The notes beneath the pieces are model-generated. The model was given only the letters and a program-made list of their open reading frames with translations. It made no database searches and had not been told where the DNA came from. Made by a program: the position numbers and the translations under genes. From positions 69,026-133,025 of the forward strand of contig CAVWIH010000013.1 of the NCBI GenBank assembly GCA_963755025.1: DNA of 64,000 nucleotides, read 5' to 3'. Shown here in pieces: positions 28,855 to 37,343 of this stretch (the first letter of the stretch is position 1; each line of letters opens with the position of its first letter). This DNA is from an uncultured Actinomycetes bacterium (GTDB lineage: Bacteria > Actinomycetota > Thermoleophilia > UBA2241).

Positions 28855-29415
28855 ATGAAAGCCCTGGTGATCATCGACATGCTGAACGACTTCGTAGACG
28901 GGGCGCTGGCGAACCCGCGCGCCCAGGCGATCGTACCGGCCGTGCAGCGGCTGCTTGCGCAGGCTCGCCGTGAGGGCTGGCTGGTCGTCTTTTCGAACGA
29001 CGCCCACGAGGCCGACGACCCCGAGCTCGCCGTCTGGGGCGAACACGCCATGGCCGGCAGTCCCGGCGCCCAGGTCATCGCCGCCCTTGAGCCCCACCCG
29101 GGCGAGCGCGAGCTCATCTCGGCCAAGCGCAGCTACGGCGCCTTCGACGGCACCGAGCTGAACGAGCAGCTCCACGAGGCCGGCGTCGACGAGGTCGTCC
29201 TGGCCGGGCAGCACACCCACATCTGCGTGCGCCACAGCGCGTACGGCGCCCTGATCCGCGGCTACCGGATCGTCGTGCCGCGCGACGCGGTGTGCGCCTT
29301 TGAGGGCGTCGACGAGCAGGCCGCCCTCGACTACCTGCACGACGTCTACCACGCCCGCATCACGACTGTCGACGAGCTGATCGGCGAGCCCTCGCGGGGC
29401 GAGCGCGCGGCTTGA
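28855..29415 (+). CDS. Cysteine hydrolase (isochorismatase/nicotinamidase family)
   Basis: IIDMLNDF (Asp), KRSYGAF (Lys), GQHTHICV (Cys); metal ligands D.H and WGEH. Confidence 0.92.
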   Translation: MKALVIIDMLNDFVDGALANPRAQAIVPAVQRLLAQARREGWLVVFSNDAHEADDPELAVWGEHAMAGSPGAQVIAALEPHPGERELISAKRSYGAFDGTELNEQLHEAGVDEVVLAGQHTHICVRHSAYGALIRGYRIVVPRDAVCAFEGVDEQAALDYLHDVYHARITTVDELIGEPSRGERAA

Positions 29416-29434
29416 GCAAAGAGAAGGAGACCCC

Positions 29435-30310
29435 ATGAGCATGAGTACGATCACGGAGCACGAGGCGCAGCAGATCCTGCGCGCCAACGACTCGCAGCGC
29501 ACGCCCGTCATGTTCGTCCACGGTCTCTGGCTGTTGCCCAACAGCTGGGACCGCTGGGCCGCGCTGTTCGAAAGAGCGGGCTACACGGCGCTCACTCCCG
29601 GCTGGCCCGACGATCCCGAGACGGTCGCCGAGGCCAACGCGCACCCCGAGGTCTTCGCCCACAAGTCGATCGAGCAGGTCGCCGACCATTACTGCGACGT
29701 GGCCGCCGAGCTCGACGGCAAGCCCGCCGTGATCGGCCACTCGTTCGGCGGGCTCATCGCGCAGATCGTCGCCGGGCGCGGCGCGGCCGCCGTCTCAGTG
29801 GCGATCGACCCGGCGCCGTTCCGCGGCGTCCTGCCGCTGCCGATCTCGGCGCTCAAGTCGGCCTCGCCGGTGCTCGACAACCCGGCCAACCGCAACCGCG
29901 CCGTGCCGCTCACCTACGACCAGTTCCGCTACGCCTTCGCCAACGCCGTGAGCGAAGGCGAGGCGCAGGAGCTCTACGAGACCTACGCGGTGCCGGCCTC
30001 GGGCACGCCGCTGTTCCAGGCGGCGGCGGCGAACCTCAACCCCTGGACCGAGGCCAAGGTCGACACGAAGAACCCCGACCGCGGCCCCCTGCTCATCATC
30101 GACGGCGACCAGGACCACACCGTGCCCTGGGCCATCGCCCACGCCTCGTACAACAAGCAGAGGCGCAACGAGGGCGTCACCGAGATCGTCAAGATGGCGG
30201 GGCGCGGCCACGCCCTCACGATCGACAGCGGCTGGCGCGAGGTCGCCGACACGGCTCTGCAGTTCGTGGAGCGCTTCGCAGCTCAGCGCCGCGTCAGGCG
30301 CGCCGCCTGA
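29435..30310 (+). CDS. Alpha/beta hydrolase
   Basis: FVHGLW, GHSFGG nucleophile elbow, DHTVP, RGH. Confidence 0.92.
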   Translation: MSMSTITEHEAQQILRANDSQRTPVMFVHGLWLLPNSWDRWAALFERAGYTALTPGWPDDPETVAEANAHPEVFAHKSIEQVADHYCDVAAELDGKPAVIGHSFGGLIAQIVAGRGAAAVSVAIDPAPFRGVLPLPISALKSASPVLDNPANRNRAVPLTYDQFRYAFANAVSEGEAQELYETYAVPASGTPLFQAAAANLNPWTEAKVDTKNPDRGPLLIIDGDQDHTVPWAIAHASYNKQRRNEGVTEIVKMAGRGHALTIDSGWREVADTALQFVERFAAQRRVRRAA

Positions 30311-30356
30311 GGCGGCCCGCAGAGGCCGCCTCGCTCCGCGGCGCGCCCGGCCAGCC

Positions 30357-30448
30357 GCGCGGTTTCCCGCGTGCGCGGGCCTCTGGCGCCCTGGCGCGCA
30401 GCGCCCGTCGGGCTGCGCGGTTTCCCGCGTGCGCGGGTCTCTGGCGCC
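30357..30448. repeat. 34-bp direct repeat x2, each with an internal hairpin (REP-like)
   Basis: gcgcggtttcccgcgtgcgcggg(c/t)ctctggcgcc at 30357 and 30415. Confidence 0.75.
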
Positions 30449-30578
30449 GCGGTGTGGCGGGTGCTAGCATCGCGGCGTGGCCCTACGATGGCAGCCCGAT
30501 AGTCCGACCGACGACAGGTCGCTCGACCCGCGCGACAGTGGCGGGACCGCAGCCACGTATTCGACCGGCTCAAACTGG

Positions 30579-31358
30579 ATGCGCGACGTCGAGCTGCGCT
30601 ACCTCACTGAGCAGGTCATGCCCGCCGGCGCGGTCGAGCCGTTCGGGGCCTACCTGTTCCGCGGCGACGAACCCGGCGCCGAGCTCGGGCGCCACGTCGA
30701 GCGCGCCGTGTTCCTCGAGGCCTTCGGCAACACGCCCGAACTGCTCGCCGAGGAGTACGGCCCCTACGAAGCCAGCAGCGTCTTCATCTGCGTGGTCGAC
30801 CAGCTGCGCAAGCTGCCGGTCGGCGTCATGCGCGTGCTGCTGCCGTCGGCCGAGGGGTTCAAGAGCCTGAACGACTTTGAGACGGTGTGGGGCAACCCAG
30901 CCCCGCCGCTGGTCGCCCGCAGCGGGGTGGCCTTCGATCCCGACCGCACCTGGGACATAGCCACGCTGGCGGTGGCCGCCGACTATCGCGGTGCCGCGAC
31001 CCGCGGCCTCGTGAGCATGGGCCTCTACCAGACCCTCACGCTCACCGCCCGCCGCTGCGGCATCGACTGGTTCGTGGCCATCCTCGACATGCCCGTGTTC
31101 CGCATGCTCCGCTGGAAGCTGCGCATGATCTTCGCCGGCTACGAAGGCGTCGGGCCCAAGCCCTACCTGGGTTCGGCGGCCAGCATGCCGGCCTGGTGCG
31201 ACGTGGTCGACGCCGAACGCCACCTGGCGGCCACCGACCGCGACCTGCACGCCATCCTCGTGCAGGGCGTGGGTCTCGAAGCGGCGCTGCGCCCGGTCGA
31301 CCTTGCCTGCGCCGACCAGCTGGTCGCCTGGCGCCGCACGGTCGCCGCAGGCCAGTAG
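30579..31358 (+). CDS. GNAT-fold protein, N-acyl amino acid synthase (FeeM)/LuxI-like
   Basis: VERAVFLEAFG, PVGVMRV, TWDIATLAVAADYRG pattern of LuxI/FeeM acyltransferases. Confidence 0.6.
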   Translation: MRDVELRYLTEQVMPAGAVEPFGAYLFRGDEPGAELGRHVERAVFLEAFGNTPELLAEEYGPYEASSVFICVVDQLRKLPVGVMRVLLPSAEGFKSLNDFETVWGNPAPPLVARSGVAFDPDRTWDIATLAVAADYRGAATRGLVSMGLYQTLTLTARRCGIDWFVAILDMPVFRMLRWKLRMIFAGYEGVGPKPYLGSAASMPAWCDVVDAERHLAATDRDLHAILVQGVGLEAALRPVDLACADQLVAWRRTVAAGQ

Positions 31359-31368
31359 CGCCGAGGTT

Positions 31369-33756
31369 TTAGACGGTGGCGAGGTCGGGTTCGGCCAGGC
31401 GCGGCACGAGCTGCAGCCGCTGGGTGCCGAGCGAGGCCACCACCTCGGGCAGCCGGTCGGCGCCGACGGGGCGCGAGTACAGATAGCCCTGCACGGTGTC
31501 GCAGCCCAGCTCCATGAGGCGCGTGGCCTGCACCTGCGTCTCGACTCCCTCGGCCACCGTGGTGATGCCCAGCGCTCGCGCCATGGCCACGATGGTGGCG
31601 ATCAGCGTGGCGTCGGCGCTGTCGTCTTTGACCAGGCTGTCGACGAACGACTTGTCGATCTTCAGCGTGGTCGTGGGGAAGCGCTTGAGGTAGGCCAGCG
31701 ACGAGTACTCGGAGCCGAAGTCGTCGATGGCGATGCGCACGCCCAGGCGGCGCAACCCGGCGAGGATGACGGCCGCGGCGGCGGGGTCTTCCATGACCAC
31801 CGACTCGGTGAGCTCGAGGCACAGCGACGGTCCGTCGAGCCGGTGCACGCTCAGCACGTCGGCCACACGGTCGACGATCTGGTCGTCGTGAAGCTGCGCG
31901 CCGGAGAGGTTGACCGAGACGTACAGGTCGGCCATCTCGGGCATCTGATGGCGCCAGGCGGCGAACTGGCCGACGGCCTCTTCGAGCACCCAGTCGCCGA
32001 TCTCCGAGATGAGCCCGCTCTCTTCGGCCAGCGGGATGAACTTCACGGGCGAGATGACGCCGTGCGTGGGGTGCGACCAGCGCACGAGCGCCTCCATGCC
32101 CACGACGCTGGCGTGGGGCAGGCGGACGATGGGCTGGTAGACGAGGTGGAGCTGGTTCAGGGGCAGGGCGAAGCGCAGGTCGCGCTCGAGCTCGACCCGC
32201 TCGGCCACGCGCTCACGCATGGACTCGTCGAAGACCGACACCGCGTCGCGGCCGGCGTCTTTGGCCTGGTACATGGCGGTGTCGGCGTCGCGCACGAGGG
32301 CTTCGGCGGTGGCGTTGCGGTCGTCGCCCGAGGCGAAGGCCAGGCCTATGCTGGCCGACACGTAGAAGGTCATGCCGTGCACGATGAAGGGCGTGCGCAG
32401 GCAGGAGCGCAGCCGGTTGGCCAGGTCGACCGCCTGCGACACGCTGACCACGTGACCGAGGATGATCATGAACTCGTCGCCGCCGATGCGGGTGACCAGG
32501 TCGCTCGGCCGCACGTTGGCGTGCAGGCGCTCGGCCACCTCGATCAGCAGTTCGTCGCCGTGGCTGTGTCCGAGCGTGTCGTTGATCAGCTTGAAGCGGT
32601 CGAGGTCGAGGTACAGGACGGCCACGTGGGTGTCGTCGATGGCCGGCTCGGCGAGAAGGTCGGACAGGTGCTGCTCCATCATGCGGCGGTTGGGGAGGCC
32701 GGTGAGGCTGTCGTGGTTGGCCTGGAACACGAGGCGCGCCTCGGAGCTTTCGGCCGTCTGCAGCGCCTGCGCGATGCGCAGGACGGCCGCTACGGTCATG
32801 GCCAGCATGAGGACGCAGAGCACGATGCGGTCGGAGAACGTGCGGCTGTCGTTGGCGAGGGTCAGCAGGGCGGGAATGACGAGCGCCACCCCCACGACCG
32901 CGACGCGCAGCCGCGACGGCGGCATGCGGCGCTGCTCGCCGACCTCGGTGAGTTTGCGCATGGTGGCGTGCAGGGCGCACGCGCCGGCCCCCAGGTAGGC
33001 GAGCAGATAGGGCAGGTCGAGGAAACGTTCGCTCACGTGGATGGCGTTGATGTCGGCGAACATGTAGAAGACGTCGCCGACGAACATGCACATCATGCCG
33101 ATGAGCAGCAGCCAGAAGGCCGGCACGAGCTCCTGCGAGGGGTTGAACACGATGCGCAGGGTCACCACGACCATGAAGATCGACATGGACGGGTAGGCGA
33201 TCAGCACCAGCGTGGTGGTCAGCGGCGTGTGGTCGTGGAGCAGCAGCGGCTGGATGGCGAACACCCAGGCGAGGGCGGCCAGTCCGAGCGCCGCGAGCAG
33301 GCCGTCGAGCACGACGCTCGACTGGCGGTGCGGGCCGCGCACGCCCCGTCGCGAAAAGCCGATGAGGCCGGCCGCCAGGAGAGCGTAGCCGGGAAGCGCG
33401 AGCAGGTCGGGCAGCAGCGCGCGGGTCGAGGTGAGGTTGCCCATCGTGGGCAGCACCGTGCGCGCCAGGCCGGCCGCCAGGAACAGGGCGAAGGCGGTCG
33501 CTATGGCCGCCCAGGGCCACACGTTCGACGGCCGGCGCACACAGACCGACACGATCAGGGCGATCGTGGTGATGACGCCGACGCAGAACAGGGCATCGGG
33601 CTCGTAGCCGCCGAAGAGACCGGTCGCGACGCCGACGGCGACCGGCAGGCCGATCGACAGGTAGATGAGTACGGCCGAAGGCAGCCGCCGTGCGCGAGTC
33701 GTACCGGTGCGCTTGCGGCCCGCCGGGCCTGCTTCAACGAGCCTCTGTGTTGCCAT
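31369..33756 (-). CDS. Membrane GGDEF-EAL bifunctional c-di-GMP enzyme
   Basis: About 9 TM; HDSLTGLPNR, GGDEF, YQP, EALVRW, ELTES, DDFGSEYSSL, EGVE; RBS GAGGAG. Confidence 0.92.
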   Translation of the reverse strand: MATQRLVEAGPAGRKRTGTTRARRLPSAVLIYLSIGLPVAVGVATGLFGGYEPDALFCVGVITTIALIVSVCVRRPSNVWPWAAIATAFALFLAAGLARTVLPTMGNLTSTRALLPDLLALPGYALLAAGLIGFSRRGVRGPHRQSSVVLDGLLAALGLAALAWVFAIQPLLLHDHTPLTTTLVLIAYPSMSIFMVVVTLRIVFNPSQELVPAFWLLLIGMMCMFVGDVFYMFADINAIHVSERFLDLPYLLAYLGAGACALHATMRKLTEVGEQRRMPPSRLRVAVVGVALVIPALLTLANDSRTFSDRIVLCVLMLAMTVAAVLRIAQALQTAESSEARLVFQANHDSLTGLPNRRMMEQHLSDLLAEPAIDDTHVAVLYLDLDRFKLINDTLGHSHGDELLIEVAERLHANVRPSDLVTRIGGDEFMIILGHVVSVSQAVDLANRLRSCLRTPFIVHGMTFYVSASIGLAFASGDDRNATAEALVRDADTAMYQAKDAGRDAVSVFDESMRERVAERVELERDLRFALPLNQLHLVYQPIVRLPHASVVGMEALVRWSHPTHGVISPVKFIPLAEESGLISEIGDWVLEEAVGQFAAWRHQMPEMADLYVSVNLSGAQLHDDQIVDRVADVLSVHRLDGPSLCLELTESVVMEDPAAAAVILAGLRRLGVRIAIDDFGSEYSSLAYLKRFPTTTLKIDKSFVDSLVKDDSADATLIATIVAMARALGITTVAEGVETQVQATRLMELGCDTVQGYLYSRPVGADRLPEVVASLGTQRLQLVPRLAEPDLATV

Positions 33757-33764
33757 ACTCCTCG

Positions 33765-33792
33765 TAGTCGGCATTTCCGGGCCATGGCTCAA
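33765..33792 (-). promoter_or_regulatory. Weaker sigma28/WhiG-like promoter
   Basis: Minus strand TTGAG-N15-GCCGACTA, 8 nt before ATG. Confidence 0.4.
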
Positions 33793-33849
33793 GGATGACT
33801 TGACTACGACGCATCGGGTAATACTCGACCGCCGCAGGGAGGTGACGCC

Positions 33850-34482
33850 ATGACGGAGCGTGAGCGCCGCGCCGCCCACGAGGCGCTGCGGCGCGCCGAT
33901 CCCGTGCTGGGCCGCGTGATGGCGCGCTACGGCGAGCTCGACGCCTGGGCCTGGCGCAGGCGCTGGCCGAGCGACCCGTTCGTGCTGCTGGCGCGCACGA
34001 TCGTGGGGCAGCAGATCTCGACTGGCGCGGCGGGCGCCATCTTCGCGCGCCTGAGCGACCTGCTGGCGCCCGACTTCTCGGCCGCCGGCCTGGCCCGGGC
34101 GAGCGACGCCGAGCTGCTCGGCGCAGGTCTGTCGCGGGCCAAGCTCGCGGCGCTGCGCGACCTGGGGCAGCGCATCGCCGCCGGCGCGCTCGACGTCGAC
34201 CACCTGGCCGAGCTGTCCGACGACGAGATCCGCCTGCGTCTGACGGCTGTTCGGGGCATCGGTCCCTGGACCGTCGAGCTCTTTCTGCTGGCGCTCGGCC
34301 GCCCCGACGCCCTGCCTTCTGCCGACGTCGGTCTGCGTCGCGCGGTGCGCCTCGCCTACGACCTCGACCACCTGCCGAGCGCCGCCGAGGTCGAGGCGCT
34401 GGGCGAGACCTGGCGGCCGCACCGCTCGCTGGCGGCGGCCTACCTCTACGCGTCGCTGCGCCCTGAGACGCCGCTCGAGTAG
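33850..34482 (+). CDS. DNA-3-methyladenine glycosylase II (AlkA/HhH-GPD family)
   Basis: IVGQQIS, LTAVRGIGPWT HhH motif, PSADVGL, WRPHRS. Confidence 0.92.
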   Translation: MTERERRAAHEALRRADPVLGRVMARYGELDAWAWRRRWPSDPFVLLARTIVGQQISTGAAGAIFARLSDLLAPDFSAAGLARASDAELLGAGLSRAKLAALRDLGQRIAAGALDVDHLAELSDDEIRLRLTAVRGIGPWTVELFLLALGRPDALPSADVGLRRAVRLAYDLDHLPSAAEVEALGETWRPHRSLAAAYLYASLRPETPLE

Positions 34483-34629
34483 GTGGCCGCCGCGACCGGC
34501 GCCGAGCCGGCCCGGCCGCGGACCGGCAGCAGGCACTGCTTCGCGGTCTGCCGGCTGCCGGCGGCCGGGCGCAACGGACTGTAACGTGGCTCTAGTCCAT
34601 CTAAAAGCCGTTGTCTGCTTTGGCGACGA

Positions 34630-34709
34630 CCGGCGGCCGACGAAGGCCCGGCGGCTGACGAAGGCCCCGCCCCGGCGGCCGCCGAAGGCCCGGGCGGCCG
34701 GCGAAGGCC
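34630..34709. repeat. About 18-bp degenerate tandem repeat x4
   Basis: ccggcggc(c/t)g(a/c)cgaaggc units between convergent genes. Confidence 0.7.
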
Positions 34710-34740
34710 TGCCGCCTGCCTGAGCGGCCGCCCCGACTCC

Positions 34741-35109
34741 CTACGTCACCGGCTCCTGGTAGATGCCGAGCACGTTGCCGGCCGGGTCGGCGAACCGCGC
34801 CGTGATCTCGGGTGCGTCGCCGCCGATCGGCTGCACGATGGTCCCGCCGTGGGCCTCGATCGAGGCGACCGTCGCGGCGGCGTCGTCGACCATGACGTAG
34901 AGCAGCAAGCCGGGCGTCGGCGAGGCGGGGCGGCCGGTGGTCCAGGTGCCGCTGACCTCGCCGATCGCGTCGTCGAACGCCAGGGCGCCGTCGCCGCGCC
35001 GCCGCGTCGCCCACCCGAAGACCTGTTGGTAGAACTCAGCCGAGCGCTGCACGTCGGTCGCGGGGATCTCGACGTAGCAGATCTTGCCGTTGGCGCTCGT
35101 GGGAGTCAT
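34741..35109 (-). CDS. VOC/glyoxalase family protein
   Basis: GKICYVEIPATD..FYQQVFGW...ARFADPAGNVLG; RBS AAGGAG. Confidence 0.9.
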   Translation of the reverse strand: MTPTSANGKICYVEIPATDVQRSAEFYQQVFGWATRRRGDGALAFDDAIGEVSGTWTTGRPASPTPGLLLYVMVDDAAATVASIEAHGGTIVQPIGGDAPEITARFADPAGNVLGIYQEPVT

Positions 35110-35729
35110 GCGGGCTCCTTTTCGTGGTCGTTTCCGTGGGCGCGCTCCCACGCTTCGGGCGGGCCGAGTCTCGAAGCCTCGGGCCCGAAGCGGGCGACGT
35201 AGGCGGGGTGGACCGCTCGCCAGCGCTCGGACGCCGCCCAGGGCGGGTCCGCGCCGGCCGCCTCGCAGGCGAGCGAGTCGAGCGCGACGTGCCAGCCGGC
35301 GGCGTCGCGGGCCGCCTTGCCGAGCTCGTCGAAGACGTCGCTGAAGACCAGCGCGGTCTCCGCGCCGTCGGGCGCGAGCGCGAACCGTAGCGTCTCGCCG
35401 GCCCAGACCAGCTCCATGAGCGACTCGGGTTCGAAGGCCAGCATGACGCCGTCGAAGGGGGCAAGGTCGAGGTCGGTGAAGGCAAAGCGCAGGGCCGCGC
35501 CGGCCCTCCGCTCGCCCTCGATCGTGGTCGGAAACCAGGCGGTGACGCGGGCCGGCTCGGTGAGCGCGGGCCAGACCCGGCCCGGCGCGAGGGGCAAGCG
35601 CCGAGTGAAGCGCAGCCGCCAGCGGGCGGCGTGGCGGTCGAGGTCGCCGTAGTCCTGGGGAACTACGTGTTCTTGGCGGTCGCCGCGACCATCGAGGCCG
35701 CGCGAATCGTTCGTGCGCCGCTCGTTCAC
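35106..35729 (-). CDS. SRPBCC/AHSA1 domain protein
   Basis: LRFTRRL..RVWPALTEP..AWFP, AAGWHVALD; ATGA overlap with the VOC gene. Confidence 0.85.
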   Translation of the reverse strand: MNERRTNDSRGLDGRGDRQEHVVPQDYGDLDRHAARWRLRFTRRLPLAPGRVWPALTEPARVTAWFPTTIEGERRAGAALRFAFTDLDLAPFDGVMLAFEPESLMELVWAGETLRFALAPDGAETALVFSDVFDELGKAARDAAGWHVALDSLACEAAGADPPWAASERWRAVHPAYVARFGPEASRLGPPEAWERAHGNDHEKEPA

Positions 35730-35855
35730 CTGCCGTCCTTTCGCTGGTGGTCGCAGGAGTACATACCCGGCGCCGCGCGTTCGCCTGTGTTGCGCGGCGG
35801 CGTGCCGCGGCAACGGCGCCGCCGCGGCGGCGGCCGGGAAGGCTTGACGACGGAC

Positions 35856-36602
35856 ATGGAGCTGGCCGGACGCACAGCACTGGTGACCGGCGCCTCGCTG
35901 GGCATAGGGCGCGCGACGGCGCTGGCGCTGGAACGGCGCGGCGTGCGCGTCAAGGCCACCGGTCTCGAGGCCGACGCGCTCGCCGAGCTCGCCCGGGCGT
36001 GCGGCGCCGTCGTGCTGGCCGCCGACCTGGCGCGCGCCGACGGACTCGACGAGGTCCTGCGCTGGGCGGGGCCGGTCGACCTGCTGGTCAACGCCGCGGG
36101 CTTCGGGCGCTACGAAGAGCTCGCCGCGATCGACCGCGACGCCGCGCTCGAGCTGCTTGCCGTGAACCTGGCGGCGCCCATGGGCCTGACGGCCGCGCTG
36201 GCGCCGGCCATGGTCGCACGCGGCTGCGGTCACATCGTCAATGTCGCCTCGATCGCCGGCTACGTGGGTGTGGCCCACGAGGCGGTCTACTCGGCGAGCA
36301 AGGGTGGCCTGATCGCCTTCTCTGAGAGCGTGCGCTACGAGCTGGCCGGCAGCGGGGTCGGCGTCACCGTCGTCCTGCCGACGGTCGTGGCGACGCGGTT
36401 CTTCGAGCAGCGCGGCCGGGCGTACGCGCGGCGCTTTCCGCGGCCGGTGCCCGCTGCGCAGGTCGCGGCCGCGCTCGTGGCCGGGGTCGAACGCGGCGCC
36501 GCCGAGGTCTTCGTGCCGCGCTGGACCGAGGTGCCCGCGCGCCTGCGAGGCGCCACGCCCCGCCTGTTCCGTCGCGCCGCGGGACACTCGATGCGCGAGT
36601 AG
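35856..36602 (+). CDS. Short-chain dehydrogenase/reductase
   Basis: TGASLGIG, VNAAG, YSASK. Confidence 0.92.
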   Translation: MELAGRTALVTGASLGIGRATALALERRGVRVKATGLEADALAELARACGAVVLAADLARADGLDEVLRWAGPVDLLVNAAGFGRYEELAAIDRDAALELLAVNLAAPMGLTAALAPAMVARGCGHIVNVASIAGYVGVAHEAVYSASKGGLIAFSESVRYELAGSGVGVTVVLPTVVATRFFEQRGRAYARRFPRPVPAAQVAAALVAGVERGAAEVFVPRWTEVPARLRGATPRLFRRAAGHSMRE

Positions 36603-36618
36603 CCCGCCGGCGCGGCCC

Positions 36619-37260
36619 TCAGCCGCCCGTGCGCTCCGCGCGGTCGCGGATGCCGCGCAGCATCTTCTGGCTCATGAAGAAGCTCACCGCTTCGACGGGT
36701 TCCACAAGGAAGGGCGCCCAGCTGCGGGTGTAGGAGTAGCGTTCGCGCACCAGCAGCCGGGTCGCGTCGTCGGCCTGCTCGCGCACCACGAAGGCCCACG
36801 TGAACTCGTAGGGCGGCGGCGTCTCGCCCATGGGCACGCCGCCGCGCACCACGAGAGAGCGCCCCGGCTCCACGGCCACGACCTCGAGCGGTACCTCGGG
36901 GTGCAGGCGCAGCTCGTCGCCGACCGCGACGTCCTGCCACTCGGCCACGATGTGGTCGGCGCTGTGCATGTCGCAACCCACCAGGTTCTCGAGGAAGTCA
37001 TAGCTGTAGAGGCCGCCGCGGCCCTGACCGAGCTGAGCGATCCAGGGCCACACGCTCGCGGCGGGCGCCAGCACGGTGATGGCGCGCGTCGCCACAAGGC
37101 CGGCGAGCGGCGTGAGGTCGTCGCCGGGCAGCTCCTCGAGCGCTTCCTGGGCGGTCGCGCCCCAGCGCAGGTAGCCGCGCCGCGCGAACAGCGCCGAAGC
37201 GCCGGCCAGCACGCCAGCGGCGGCGGTCAAGCTGATGACGCGGTTCTTCATGCGGCCCAT
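36619..37260 (-). CDS. SRPBCC-like conserved actinobacterial protein
   Basis: RWGAT..E...LPGDDL, TRAITV.AP...VWPWIAQLGQGRGGLYSYD, KMLRGIRDRAE. Confidence 0.85.
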   Translation of the reverse strand: MGRMKNRVISLTAAAGVLAGASALFARRGYLRWGATAQEALEELPGDDLTPLAGLVATRAITVLAPAASVWPWIAQLGQGRGGLYSYDFLENLVGCDMHSADHIVAEWQDVAVGDELRLHPEVPLEVVAVEPGRSLVVRGGVPMGETPPPYEFTWAFVVREQADDATRLLVRERYSYTRSWAPFLVEPVEAVSFFMSQKMLRGIRDRAERTGG

Positions 37261-37343
37261 CTCCGTTGTCGCCCTGGTGATCCCGGGGATGAGCAGATTC
37301 TCTCCCGTGACGTCGTCGGAGGCCAGACCCCGAGGCCGGTGGA

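Noticed and set aside
33757-34536. N-terminal extension of the GGDEF-EAL ORF
   Set aside because: Antisense to the AlkA-family gene; RBS and ATG at 33756 mark the true start
34575-34625. AT-richer patch as dif site or IS end
   Set aside because: No XerC/D consensus, terminal repeat partner or transposase
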